Numbered from the stretch's first letter, positions 1 through 9,368 are shown. The stretch is 37,792 nucleotides of DNA from Halothiobacillaceae bacterium (GCA_049969375.1 JBMFOY010000001.1:1-37792), one strand, 5' to 3'. Program-made: numbers and translations. Notes: generated from the letters alone by a model not told the origin.

Positions 1-701
1 CATGCGTGAACCTGCTGACGTAAGACGGCCTTCCTGTCGTCTCGCTGACCCAAAAACTCAGCCAGAACGCTGTATGCGAGCAGGTAACCGCGGCGCGAAA
101 TATCATCGTCCGGGATGCGATAGTCACCGGGCAGGGACACATCCTTAAGCGGGACGATCCTGCACATGTCGATCAAGCCTTGATCTCCGCCATCTGGTTC
201 GCTCTCGAAAATGATCGCTGGGTGGTCGCGGGCAAGAAGCTCAATCTGAGCCGTGAGGGTGAGTTTGGTAAAGCCGCAGGCAAGTCTGAGAGCCCATTTA
301 AGCAGACCTTCCCGCTCAAGGATGGCGTTGTGCTCGTCGTATCCGAGCAGTCATACACCGGCCAGGGATATAGCTACTTTTGGTATCCCATCTACCACTT
401 CAATGCTCAAGAAGGGCTGCGCTACCTCGGCTGGGTACGCAGCGGTCTGGATAACACAGGGGCAGCCCCTTTCATTGATAAGACGATCAACTATTCCGAC
501 AAAGTGGTGGGCGCCAAGGAAGATGAGCGCGGCATGCCCATCCTGACCCTAAGCTAGAGCGACGATGCCGTGGTGCAGAACAAGTCTAAAAAGATCAAAG
601 ACATGCAGTGTTCGCTGAGCTATCAGGCCGAGTCTAACCAAGACGAATCACTGGGCTTTGTCGCCACAACTTCCGCCTGTCAAAGCTTACTTGCTGATTG
701 A
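1..701 (+). pseudogene. Probable decayed hypothetical gene, 5' end outside the window, with two in-frame stops
   Basis: One frame reads protein-like from position 3 to TGA 699-701 but is interrupted by TAA 21-23 and TAG 555-557. The 180..557 ORF is its middle part. GC is visibly lower than in the flanking genes. Confidence 0.5.
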
Positions 702-760
702 TGGGGCGGCTGCCGCGCCCCGCCCTTGGGCCGAGCAAACTGCGTGCGTGGCGAGGGTGT

Positions 761-2518
761 TCAACCGCCCGCGTGCAGGCTGGGTGCAGCATGCACTTGC
801 TCTAGCATCAGCTGCAGGCGGCGGTTGCCGCGAAACTCATTGACATCCAACTTGAAGGCCACCCGCCACCAGTCACCAGGTGGCAGCTCACTAGCCTGCG
901 TGTTGAACAGCACCGCTTCAAACGGCGTGCCACCCGCGCGGTGCTCAAGCATGAAGCGCCAGTGATTCCCCGCCGCCCCCATCGGCCGCCGTTCACGCAC
1001 GCGGAAGACGTCGTCGAACAGGGGCTCTGGCATGTGCTGCCCCCACGGTTGGGCATAGCGCAGCAGCTCGGCCAACTCCAGCGTCATCTCGCCAAGCTCC
1101 AGCGCACCATCGGTCCATAGGACGCCTTGCCAGTCCTCCTCCGCCACCTTGCGCCGCACCACCGCGTCGAAGGCCAAGGCAAAATCCTTGAAGTGCGCCT
1201 GCGGCAACTGCAGACCGGCCGCCATGGCATGACCTCCGAAGCGCTGGATCAGGCCAGGGTTTTGCGCATCCACTTCCTCCAGCGCATCGCGCAGGTGCAG
1301 TCCAGGGATGGAGCGTGCCGACCCCTTGATGCCGCCGTTGCCGTCCGGCGCGAAGGCGATCACCGGCCGGTGCAGGCGCTCCTTGATCCGTGAGGCGAGG
1401 ATGCCGATCACCCCCTGGTGCCAGTCGGGATCGAACAGGCACACCCCACGCGGTAGGCTGTCGGCATCCAGCCGCTCATGCAGCTGTTTGAGGATGGCGA
1501 GCGCCTGCTGCTGCATCTCGGCCTCCACCGTCTGGCGCTGGGCATTGAGCTGATGCAACGCCTCCGCGAAGCGGCGCGCCTGCTCGGGCTGCTCCGCCAA
1601 CAGGCACTGGATGCCAATCGACATGTCCTCCATGCGCCCCGCGGCATTCAGACGCGGGCCGACACCAAACCCTAGATCGCTCGCCACCACGCGGCGAAAG
1701 TCGCGCCCGCTGACCGCGAGTAGGGAGAGGATGCCCGGCACCGCCTGCCCAGCCCGCATCCGCCTCAACCCCTGCTCGACCAGCACCCGGTTGTTGTGAT
1801 CCAGCGGCACCACGTCCGCCACCGTGCCGAGCGCAACCAGGTCGAGGTAACGCGCGAGGTTCGGCGCCTCCATGCCCCGGCGCTCGAACCAGCCCCTACG
1901 GCCAAGCTCGGCGCGCAGGGCGGAGAGGACATAGAAGGCGACGCCCACGCCGGCGAGGTGCTTGCTCGGGAAACTATCGCCCGGCAGGTTGGGGTTTACC
2001 AGCGCATCCGCCAACGGCAACTCCGCCCCCGGCAGGTGATGGTCGGTCACGACCACGCGCATGCCCGCATCCTTGGCCGCCCGCACCCCTGCCAGCGCGC
2101 TCACGCCGTTATCCACCGTCAGCAAAAGCTCGGCGCCCAGCGGGCGCACCGCCTCGACGATCTCCGGGGTCAGACCGTAACCATCCTCGAAGCGATTCGG
2201 CACCCGGTAATGCACATCCTTGGCCCCGAAGGCGCGCAGCACCCTCAGGCACAACGCCGTACTCGTCGCCCCGTCGGCATCAAAGTCCCCCACCACCAAA
2301 AGCCGCGCCTGCCCCTCGATGGCATCGGCAAGATGGCCCGCCGCCTGCTCGATGCCAGAGAGCGCGCTCGGCGGATACAGACGGTTCAGGGCTAGATCGA
2401 GCTGGTCAGACGAGCTGATGCCCCGGGCCGCCAGAACGCGCGCCAGTACGGGATGGACCCCCGCAAGCGGGAAGACGGCGCCAGCCTCGCGGCGACGGAT
2501 CAGGCGTTGGACGCGCAT
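761..2518 (-). CDS. recJ: ssDNA-specific exonuclease RecJ
   Basis: DHH-family motifs GDFDADG, TVDNG, TDHH, LGTVADVV, GPRLNAAGR and FGGHAMAAG. Start taken at ATG 2518 (MRVQRLIRRR). Confidence 0.97.
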   Translation of the reverse strand: MRVQRLIRRREAGAVFPLAGVHPVLARVLAARGISSSDQLDLALNRLYPPSALSGIEQAAGHLADAIEGQARLLVVGDFDADGATSTALCLRVLRAFGAKDVHYRVPNRFEDGYGLTPEIVEAVRPLGAELLLTVDNGVSALAGVRAAKDAGMRVVVTDHHLPGAELPLADALVNPNLPGDSFPSKHLAGVGVAFYVLSALRAELGRRGWFERRGMEAPNLARYLDLVALGTVADVVPLDHNNRVLVEQGLRRMRAGQAVPGILSLLAVSGRDFRRVVASDLGFGVGPRLNAAGRMEDMSIGIQCLLAEQPEQARRFAEALHQLNAQRQTVEAEMQQQALAILKQLHERLDADSLPRGVCLFDPDWHQGVIGILASRIKERLHRPVIAFAPDGNGGIKGSARSIPGLHLRDALEEVDAQNPGLIQRFGGHAMAAGLQLPQAHFKDFALAFDAVVRRKVAEEDWQGVLWTDGALELGEMTLELAELLRYAQPWGQHMPEPLFDDVFRVRERRPMGAAGNHWRFMLEHRAGGTPFEAVLFNTQASELPPGDWWRVAFKLDVNEFRGNRRLQLMLEQVHAAPSLHAGG

Positions 2519-3531
2519 GTTCCCCCCCAGTACTTGGCGCGGCGCCAGGCGCGCCAGCGATGCATCCACTTGAACCGCCAGCCTCTTCCGTCGGCGGCGT
2601 CGAGAATCAGCTCGCTCAAATGACCACGCCCCATGGCCTGCCAGAGGGGGGCGAACCAGCGCGCCTCCAGCCCTTCGACCGTAGCCAGCCAGTCCTCATG
2701 ATCACCATCAAGCCAGGGCTGCAGGGCATCGTCGAGGACGACGAGGGGATGTCCCGCCTCCCTGCCCAGGACATCCCCGTCACCGAGGCGCTCGGGCAGG
2801 TCGTACACCGGCAGGCCCGCGGCATGGGCAAGACCACGCACCAGGGGATGGTCGGCATGGACCGAGGTGATGTCCATGCCCCCGATGGACAAGGCACCCA
2901 GCATACCTGCCCCCCAAGGCCAGAGGGCATTGATAGCGGGCAGTCCGCGCGCCTCGCGGATCATGGTCACAGGGTGGGCGTGCAGCAGCATCTGCGCCTC
3001 GGTCAACCAGGCCAGCCAGCGTGCGGCATCACGGCCGGTCGGTTTGAACAGGCCCGCATCGCGGCGCAGGGCACGGTTCAACGGTGTGGTCTGAAGATCG
3101 GCGGACTCGGGCACCTGGAGGTACCAGCGCTCTGGCGCCGCCACGGTGATGCGCCAACCACGATCAGCAAAGTGATCCTCGAGCGCAGACGCGAGGGTAC
3201 GCGCATCATCCATGGACAGGCGGAGGGACGGGCCGCCAAAGACGATGGCGTCGGTCATACCGAGCTTGAGATGGACTGGGTCGATGCGCAGGACGAAGCC
3301 TTCCGGACGGCAGCCCGTCTCGCCCCACAGACCGAGAGCTGCCCACGACAGATGATCGCCCCCATGGCCGAACAGGCGCGCCAACGCGGCCTCGGCGTCG
3401 AGCGGAGGGGTGGACAGGTGATCGCCACGCGCGAGCATGCGTTGCAGCATGGGGGCATGGGGTGCCTGGAGGCCTGCGACATCGACGGGCCAGGCGCCGA
3501 GCAGGCCGGGGGCGAAAATGGTCAGTCGCAT
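2500..3531 (-). CDS. RpfE-type / phosphoglycerate-mutase-like conserved protein
   Basis: Motifs LRIDPVHL, RWYL, EAQMLLHAHPV and INALWPWG. It lies directly upstream of recJ and overlaps it, the usual context for this family. Start 3531 or 3537. Confidence 0.7.
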   Translation of the reverse strand: MRLTIFAPGLLGAWPVDVAGLQAPHAPMLQRMLARGDHLSTPPLDAEAALARLFGHGGDHLSWAALGLWGETGCRPEGFVLRIDPVHLKLGMTDAIVFGGPSLRLSMDDARTLASALEDHFADRGWRITVAAPERWYLQVPESADLQTTPLNRALRRDAGLFKPTGRDAARWLAWLTEAQMLLHAHPVTMIREARGLPAINALWPWGAGMLGALSIGGMDITSVHADHPLVRGLAHAAGLPVYDLPERLGDGDVLGREAGHPLVVLDDALQPWLDGDHEDWLATVEGLEARWFAPLWQAMGRGHLSELILDAADGRGWRFKWMHRWRAWRRAKYWGGTCASNA

Positions 3532-3586
3532 GGGCAATTCAGGTGGAAGTCAGATCAGCGGACAGCCGGAATGTTGGGGCATGTCA

Positions 3587-4186
3587 TCATGGCCACAGGC
3601 CGCTCCCGCGGTTGCCCAGACCTTCCACGGCCCACTGCCCGTGGGCATGGCGCAGATGGAGGAAGCTGGCGTAATCCACCCTGATGCGTCCGAGCGCCTG
3701 CGGCGGGGCATCGAGGGCGATGGCAAGCGCCGTGCGCATGACCACGGCGTGGCAGACAACCAGCACCCGCTGGCCTGCGTGGCGCGAAGACAAATCGCCC
3801 AGCGCCTCCTGCACGCGCGCGATGAAGGCCGGGACGGGCTCGGCTCCGGCCGGCATGCCGGTGAGGATGTTGCGCTTATAGGCCGCGTAGGCCTCGGGCT
3901 GGTCGCGCTTGACCTCGGCATGGCTGAGGCCTTCCCAGGCGCCCAAGCCAATCTCGCGCAGGCGCGGCTCGATGACCAAGGGCAGCCCACTCTTCTCGGC
4001 ATAGGCCTCGGCAAAGGTCCGACAACGCTGCAAGGGGGAGCTGACCACGGCATCCCACACCCCACCCTCGACCGCCCGCCACATGGCGGCCAGCCCTTCG
4101 GCCGTGAGTGGGTCATCGACACCATCGCCGCGATAGCGGGGGCCGCCCACGGGCTCGCCGTGACGCAACAAATCAAGCCTGGCCAT
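3587..4186 (-). CDS. Histidine phosphatase family protein (CobC/phosphoglycerate mutase-like)
   Basis: N-terminal LLRHGE, SSPLQRC, LREIGLGAWEG, and the second catalytic His in VVCH. Confidence 0.88.
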   Translation of the reverse strand: MARLDLLRHGEPVGGPRYRGDGVDDPLTAEGLAAMWRAVEGGVWDAVVSSPLQRCRTFAEAYAEKSGLPLVIEPRLREIGLGAWEGLSHAEVKRDQPEAYAAYKRNILTGMPAGAEPVPAFIARVQEALGDLSSRHAGQRVLVVCHAVVMRTALAIALDAPPQALGRIRVDYASFLHLRHAHGQWAVEGLGNRGSGLWP

Positions 4187-5100
4187 CAGGCAATCCAGTC
4201 GCCCAGGGCCAGCAGGGCGATGATGGCGACGATGGCAATCAGCGAACGCAGCACCAGGCCGCGCGCGGAGCGCACAATATTGGCATCGGCCTCGATATCA
4301 CCGGTCTCGCTGATCTCGGTGGTCACGCTGTATTCCTCGGTGCGCAGGGCGGCGCGCCCGACGCGCAGCAGCAGGTCGCGGTTGGCCTGCTCGAGCTCCA
4401 GCGCACGGGAGGCCGGCGCCTCGCGCTGGGTGTCGACAGACACCTGCCCCTCTTGGCGCCAAGCGTTCAGCCCCTCCTCAAAGCTGCCGGAAAGGATGTA
4501 CATACCCGCGAGCAGGCGGGCTGGAAGCCAGTCCAGCGCAGCGCGCAGCAGGCGTGCCGCCTCCCGTAGGCCCCCTTGCTCACTTTGCTGCTCGACATGG
4601 GCGGTCAGCCGGTAGACCACCGCACCGAGGGGGCCGAGCAGGACAAACCACAGCAGGGGGGCGACCCAGCGCTCGTTGGCTTCAAGCAAGAGGGTATCGG
4701 CCACGGCCCTGACCTCGTCCTCAACCGCCTGGGGGACCGAGCCGCCGAGCAGGTGTTCAGCGTGGTGGCGGGCCGTGCCGTCCTCCCCCTTCTCGCGCGC
4801 GGCAACATAGCCATCGACCGCCGGATCGACGCTCCCCGGCCGCAGAGCCAGGAACAGGACCAGGACGCTGAAAGCCAGTTCCAGCAGGCCCCAGAGCACC
4901 CCATGCAGGAGCGACTGCAAAGCCACGGCCAGCAACGCCCAGGGAGCGACCAGCACGGTCAGGGCTAGCCAGCCGGGCACATTCAGGCGCCCGGACAGGG
5001 CCCCGGCGTAACGGTCGAACCAAACCAGCGAGCGACGTTCGGCGAGCTGCGGGGCCAGGCGCTCGGCAAACAGGGCGATCAGGGTGGCAAGCAACAGCAT
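4186..5100 (-). CDS. ampE: AmpE membrane protein (CobD/CbiB-like superfamily)
   Basis: Multi-TM protein with WFVLLGPLGAVVYRL and LDWLPARL, directly downstream of ampD. Confidence 0.82.
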   Translation of the reverse strand: MLLLATLIALFAERLAPQLAERRSLVWFDRYAGALSGRLNVPGWLALTVLVAPWALLAVALQSLLHGVLWGLLELAFSVLVLFLALRPGSVDPAVDGYVAAREKGEDGTARHHAEHLLGGSVPQAVEDEVRAVADTLLLEANERWVAPLLWFVLLGPLGAVVYRLTAHVEQQSEQGGLREAARLLRAALDWLPARLLAGMYILSGSFEEGLNAWRQEGQVSVDTQREAPASRALELEQANRDLLLRVGRAALRTEEYSVTTEISETGDIEADANIVRSARGLVLRSLIAIVAIIALLALGDWIA

Positions 5101-5119
5101 GACGACAACCTTCCGGGAT

Positions 5120-5794
5120 TCACGCAGTCATTATGGCCAAGCGGGCACCGCTCGCACAGGCCTGCCGGGCACGGACCGGCAGCCCCCTCATCTCCAGTTC
5201 CCGCGCCAGTCGCCCCCAGTCAAAAGCGGGGCCCGGGTCGGTCTTGCGCCCCGGGGCAATGTCCGCATGCCCGGCAACGGCGGCGAGGGTCGGATAAGCC
5301 ACCTTCAGGGCATGGATCGCACCGGCCAGACGCTCGTACTGGACATCGGCATAAGGTCCGTCGTCCGTGCCCTCCAACTCGATGCCGATGGAGAAATCAT
5401 TGCAACGCTCACGCCCACCGAACACTGAGGCGCCGGCATGCCAGGCGCGCAGGTGGAAAGGGACATACTGGGTGACGGATCCATCCCGCCGGATGAGCAG
5501 GTGCGCCGACACCCGAAGATGAGCGATGGCAGCGAAGTAAGGATGGGCGGCCGGATCAAGCCGGCCAAGGAAAAGATCGTCAACCCACGGCCCGCCGAAC
5601 TCCCCCGGCGGCAGGGTGATGCCGTGGACCACGACCAGTTCCGGCACCATGCCCGGCGGCCGCTCATCGCAGTGGGGGGAGGCGAGCCTGCGGGCCGCCG
5701 GAAGCCAGCCGTCCTGAACAAGGGAGTCTGATGCAATCAAGGGGAGCGGGTCATGCGTGATGCGGGTGGCAAGAATGTGGGGACAAGGCTGCAT
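5120..5794 (-). CDS. ampD: 1,6-anhydro-N-acetylmuramyl-L-alanine amidase AmpD
   Basis: VVHGITLPPGEFGG, VSAHLLIRRDG, RAWHAG, NDFSIGIELEG and GHADIAPGRKTDPGP. Exact start uncertain. Confidence 0.95.
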   Translation of the reverse strand: MQPCPHILATRITHDPLPLIASDSLVQDGWLPAARRLASPHCDERPPGMVPELVVVHGITLPPGEFGGPWVDDLFLGRLDPAAHPYFAAIAHLRVSAHLLIRRDGSVTQYVPFHLRAWHAGASVFGGRERCNDFSIGIELEGTDDGPYADVQYERLAGAIHALKVAYPTLAAVAGHADIAPGRKTDPGPAFDWGRLARELEMRGLPVRARQACASGARLAIMTA

Positions 5795-5827
5795 GCCTTC
5801 ACCCTGCCGCCAAGATTATCACGCCCG

Positions 5828-5878
5828 TGCCCCCAAACAGGAAACGCTGAATGATTCAGCGTTTCCTGTTTGGGGGCA
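5828..5878. repeat. 51-bp perfect palindrome (25-bp arms, 1-nt spacer)
   Basis: TGCCCCCAAACAGGAAACGCTGAAT-G-ATTCAGCGTTTCCTGTTTGGGGGCA. Confidence 0.95.
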
Positions 5879-5992
5879 TCCTGCCCCAACGCAAACAACG
5901 CCATCAGTCCTTGATTCGCACAGGCCATCGCGGACATGCGCCTTGATAAGATGCGCTGAAAAAATTCATGGATGGATTTTTTCAGCATCTCC
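5840..5992 (+). mobile_element. MITE-like structured repeat, copy A
   Basis: Imperfect terminal IRs GGAAACGCTGAA / TTCAGCATCTCC (10/12). Segment 5928-5993 matches the reverse complement of 17696-17761 at 62/66. Confidence 0.6.
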
Positions 5993-6005
5993 CTGGATTT
6001 CTCAC

Positions 6006-8024
6006 ATGTCCGATCGACACGACCTCCTTGCCACGTTGAACCCCGCCCAGAGAGAGGCCGTGCTGCATGCCCACGGCCCCCTGCTCGTGCTGGCGGGCGC
6101 GGGTTCGGGCAAGACACGCGTCATCACCGCCAAGATCGCCTACCTAGTGCGCGAGCTGAAGGCGCCGGCGCGGCATGTCTACGCCGTCACCTTCACCAAC
6201 AAGGCGGCGCGGGAGATGCAGGAGAGGGTGGGCAAGATGCTCTCGGCCGAGGAGCGGCGTGGACTGCATGTCTCCACCTTCCATACCCTCGGCCTGACCA
6301 TCCTCAAGCACGAGCACGCGGCAGCCGGACTGCGCTCCGGCTTCTCCATCCTCGATGCCGAGGATGCGCTGGCCATGCTGCGCGAACTTTCGAAGCTGCC
6401 GGACAAGGCCCAGGTGGAGGAGCTGCGCAACCGCATCAGCCTGTGGAAGAACGATGGACTGTCCCCGCTGGATGCCATGGCACGCGCAGGGACTGACGAC
6501 GACCACGATGCAGCCCGTCTGTATCAAGCCTACGAACGCCAACTGCGCGCCAGCAACGCGCTTGATTTCGATGACCTGATCGCCCTGCCGGTGCGCCTGT
6601 TCACCGAACACCCGGAGATTCGCGCGAAGTGGCGCCAAAAGGTGCGCTACCTGCTGGTCGACGAGGTGCAGGACACCAACGCCGCACAATACGCCCTGCT
6701 ACGCCACCTGCTGGACGTGACCGCCAACCTTACTGCCGTAGGCGACGACCACCAGTCGGTCTATGCCTGGCGAGGCGCGCGACCGGAAAACCTGAGCCTT
6801 CTTGCACAGGACTACCCCACCCTCAAAGTCATCAAGCTCGAACAGAACTACCGCTCGGTCAACACCGTGCTGAAGGCAGCCAACGCCCTCATCCGCAACA
6901 ACAGCAAGCAGTTCGAGAAGAACCTGTGGAGCGCGCTCGGCGAGGGTGAGCCGCTGCGCGCCATCCTCTGCAAGGATGCCGACGACGAAGCCCTGCGCGT
7001 CGCGGTCGAGATCCTGCAGCACAAATTCAGGCACCGTACCAACTTCGCCGATTACGCTGTGCTCTATCGCGGCAACCACCAGGCCCGCCTGCTCGAAGGC
7101 GCCCTGCGCCAGCACGCCATTCCCTACCACATCACCGGCGGACAATCGTTCTTCGAGCGCAGCGAGATCCGCGACCTGTCCGCCTACCTCCGCCTTTTGG
7201 CCAACCCGGACGACGACACCGCCTTCCTGCGCGTGGTCAACACCCCGCGCCGGGAGATCGGCCCGGGCACGCTCGAAAAACTCGGCGCCTACGCGCAGGG
7301 ACGCAACCTGTCGCTGGATGCCGCCAGCCGCGAGTTTGGCCTATCGCAGCAGCTCGGCGAGCGCCCGCTCGAACGGCTGCAGCGTTTCACCGCATGGCTG
7401 GACGGCCTGCGCCAGGCCGCCGAGCACGCCCCGCTGGCCGCACTGCGCCAACTGGTGCAGGACATTGGCTACGAGGACTGGCTGAAGGATACCTCCGACA
7501 CACCCAAGCAGGCTGAACGCCGCTGGAGGAACGTCGAAGACTGGCTGGAATGGCTGGAAAAGCTGGCCTTGGGGGAGGATGCGCTCGACATCCAGGAGCT
7601 GGCCGGCCGTGCCAGCCTGATGGGCATCCTTGAGAGACAGAGCGAGAGTGATGCCGGCGACCAGGTGCGCCTGATGACCCTGCACGCCGCCAAGGGCCTG
7701 GAGTTTCCGCACGTGTTCATCATCGGCATGGAGGAGGAACTGCTACCGCACCGCGAGAGCCTGGATCCGGAGAAGCTGGAAGAAGAACGCCGGCTGGCCT
7801 ACGTCGGCATCACCCGCGCGCAGCAAAGCCTGACCTTCACCCTAACCCGCAAACGCAAGCGCTACGGCGAATGGGTGGACAGCGAACCGAGCCGCTTCCT
7901 CGAGGAAATCCCGCCCCATCTGCTGCGCTGGGAAGGCCGCGCGGACGCAAGCGACCCGGAGGAAAAAAAGACCAAGGGCCGCGCCCAGCTCGAGGGCCTG
8001 AAGGCACTGCTTGGCGGGGGCTAG
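6006..8024 (+). CDS. rep: ATP-dependent DNA helicase Rep
   Basis: SF1 helicase motifs LNPAQ, LAGAGSGKT, VDEVQD, VGDDHQSVY, LEQNYRS, LMTLHAAKGLEF and EEERRLAYVGITRA. The KTRVITAKIAYL segment and C-terminus are Rep-like. Start at ATG 6006. Confidence 0.93.
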   Translation: MSDRHDLLATLNPAQREAVLHAHGPLLVLAGAGSGKTRVITAKIAYLVRELKAPARHVYAVTFTNKAAREMQERVGKMLSAEERRGLHVSTFHTLGLTILKHEHAAAGLRSGFSILDAEDALAMLRELSKLPDKAQVEELRNRISLWKNDGLSPLDAMARAGTDDDHDAARLYQAYERQLRASNALDFDDLIALPVRLFTEHPEIRAKWRQKVRYLLVDEVQDTNAAQYALLRHLLDVTANLTAVGDDHQSVYAWRGARPENLSLLAQDYPTLKVIKLEQNYRSVNTVLKAANALIRNNSKQFEKNLWSALGEGEPLRAILCKDADDEALRVAVEILQHKFRHRTNFADYAVLYRGNHQARLLEGALRQHAIPYHITGGQSFFERSEIRDLSAYLRLLANPDDDTAFLRVVNTPRREIGPGTLEKLGAYAQGRNLSLDAASREFGLSQQLGERPLERLQRFTAWLDGLRQAAEHAPLAALRQLVQDIGYEDWLKDTSDTPKQAERRWRNVEDWLEWLEKLALGEDALDIQELAGRASLMGILERQSESDAGDQVRLMTLHAAKGLEFPHVFIIGMEEELLPHRESLDPEKLEEERRLAYVGITRAQQSLTFTLTRKRKRYGEWVDSEPSRFLEEIPPHLLRWEGRADASDPEEKKTKGRAQLEGLKALLGGG

Positions 8025-8054
8025 GGAAACTCTGAAAAAACCTTCTGTTGGGTT

Positions 8055-8127
8055 GTAGGAGGCCCGCCCTCGGGCCGATAGCCCGGCTTGAGGCTGCCCC
8101 TTATCGCGGCGAGGGCGCCGCTCCTAC
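8055..8127. repeat. GTAG-type REP inverted doublet
   Basis: GTAGGA-GGCCCG-CCCT-CGGGCC-GATA (8055-8080) and, on the minus strand, GTAGGA-GCGGCG-CCCT-CGCCGC-GATA (8102-8127). Confidence 0.85.
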
Positions 8128-8136
8128 TCAGCGTTG

Positions 8137-8300
8137 AGCAGGCCGTTAAAAACTCTTTTCAACGGCCTGGTAAGGTGAGCCTAGATGGCTTGCGCAAACA
8201 TCAATCACGCGAAGTGATTGATGGTCTGAGCCTGTCGCGGGTGTGTACCGCGACAAGACGAGTTGAAAAAGGGCAGGAAGCCCTTTTTCAACATCCTGCT
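8137..8300 (+). mobile_element. 164-bp MITE-like structured repeat, copy B (diverged relative of copy A)
   Basis: Terminal IRs AGCAGGCCGTTAAAAA / TTTTCAACATCCTGCT (13/16) and four internal hairpins. The 3' part aligns with copies A and C. Confidence 0.65.
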
Positions 8301-8326
8301 ATAGCCGTGATCATCCAGCCCCCCCA

Positions 8327-8357
8327 GAAACGACGAACCCCGCACAGGGCGGGGTTT
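8327..8357 (-). terminator. Probable intrinsic terminator of rplM-rpsI
   Basis: Stem AACCCCGC/GCGGGGTT followed on the minus strand by CGTCGTTTCT. The U-tract is weak. Confidence 0.6.
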
Positions 8358-8392
8358 GCAGGCTGTGCCCCGAAGGGCAACTCCACGGCGAA

Positions 8393-8785
8393 TTAACGCT
8401 TGGAGAACTGGACCGCGCGACGGGCCTTGCGCAGACCGACTTTCTTACGCTCGACTTCGCGGGCGTCACGGGTGACGAAGCCAGCCTTGCGCAGGGTGGA
8501 TCGCAGGGACTCGTCATACTCCATCAGGGCGCGGGTGATACCATGACGGATAGCGCCGGCCTGGCCGCTGTTGCCGCCGCCGTCAACATTCACCAAGATG
8601 TCGAACTTGTCGGACAGGCCGGTCAGTTCGAGCGGCTGGCGCACGATCATGCGGGCGGTCTGGCGGCCGAAGTAGACATCCAGCGGACGACCGTTGATGA
8701 CGATGTTGCCACTGCCCGGACGAACATAGACGCGGGCGCTGGAGGTCTTGCGGCGACCGGTACCGTAGTTCTGGTTCAGAGCCAT
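8393..8785 (-). CDS. rpsI: 30S ribosomal protein S9
   Basis: [13 protein letters not shown] ... [25 protein letters not shown]. Confidence 0.99.
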   Translation of the reverse strand: MALNQNYGTGRRKTSSARVYVRPGSGNIVINGRPLDVYFGRQTARMIVRQPLELTGLSDKFDILVNVDGGGNSGQAGAIRHGITRALMEYDESLRSTLRKAGFVTRDAREVERKKVGLRKARRAVQFSKR

Positions 8786-8800
8786 GCCTGAAACTCCCGA

Positions 8801-9229
8801 TTAAAGTTCGAGCGCGCGCGGCTGCTGAGCAACATGCGGATGCTCTTGACCGGCGTACACTTTGAGTTTGCTGAACATCTGACGACCCAGCGGATTCTTG
8901 GGCAGCATGCCCTTCACGGCGATCTCAATGGTGCGCTGCGGGGCCTTGTCAATCAGCTTCTCAAAGCTGATGGACTTCAGGTTACCGATGTATCCGGTGT
9001 GGTGATGGTACATCTTGTCCTTGGCCTTGTTGCCGGTCACCTGCACCTTCTCGGCGTTGATGACGACGATGTAGTCACCGGTATCCACGTGCGGGGTATA
9101 CTCGGCCTTGTGCTTGCCACGCAGGCGCTTGGCGATTTCAGCAGCCAGACGACCCAGGGTCTTGCCACTGGCGTCAACGACGTACCAGTCGCGCTTGACC
9201 TCCGCCGGCTTCGCACTAAAGGTTTTCAT
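8801..9229 (-). CDS. rplM: 50S ribosomal protein L13
   Basis: [20 protein letters not shown]...[17 protein letters not shown], 142 aa from ATG 9229, with SD GGAG upstream. Confidence 0.99.
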   Translation of the reverse strand: MKTFSAKPAEVKRDWYVVDASGKTLGRLAAEIAKRLRGKHKAEYTPHVDTGDYIVVINAEKVQVTGNKAKDKMYHHHTGYIGNLKSISFEKLIDKAPQRTIEIAVKGMLPKNPLGRQMFSKLKVYAGQEHPHVAQQPRALEL

Positions 9230-9275
9230 TACAGTCTCTCCAAAGGAAGACGCTAGAGATATCAGAAGGTCGCGT

Positions 9276-9304
9276 ACAATACACCATGACCCAGTGCATG
9301 ACAA
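9276..9304 (-). promoter_or_regulatory. sigma70-type promoter of rplM-rpsI
   Basis: TTGTCA-17 nt-TATTGT followed by the GC-rich discriminator-like ACGCGACC. Confidence 0.6.
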
Positions 9305-9368
9305 GCATCAGGGGCATCGCCCCTTTCAGGTTAGGACATGTCGGCAGAACAGAAATCATGCTCATGAC

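Noticed and set aside
1-701. Stop-codon reassignment or readthrough as an explanation of the internal stops
   Set aside because: Two different stop types are involved, and TAA and TAG terminate ordinary genes elsewhere in the window (rpsI, rep).
5757-6005. N-terminal extensions of Rep and Rpe sharing the peptide [13 protein letters not shown]
   Set aside because: The shared peptide is just the translated DNA repeat; conserved protein sequence starts at 6006 and 17629.
8040-8300. CRISPR-like array
   Set aside because: There are hairpins but no regularly spaced direct repeats with unique spacers, and no cas genes.
8088-8396. 102-aa ORF in the rep-rpsI gap
   Set aside because: It runs through REP, MITE and terminator sequence, with a TTG start and no protein features.
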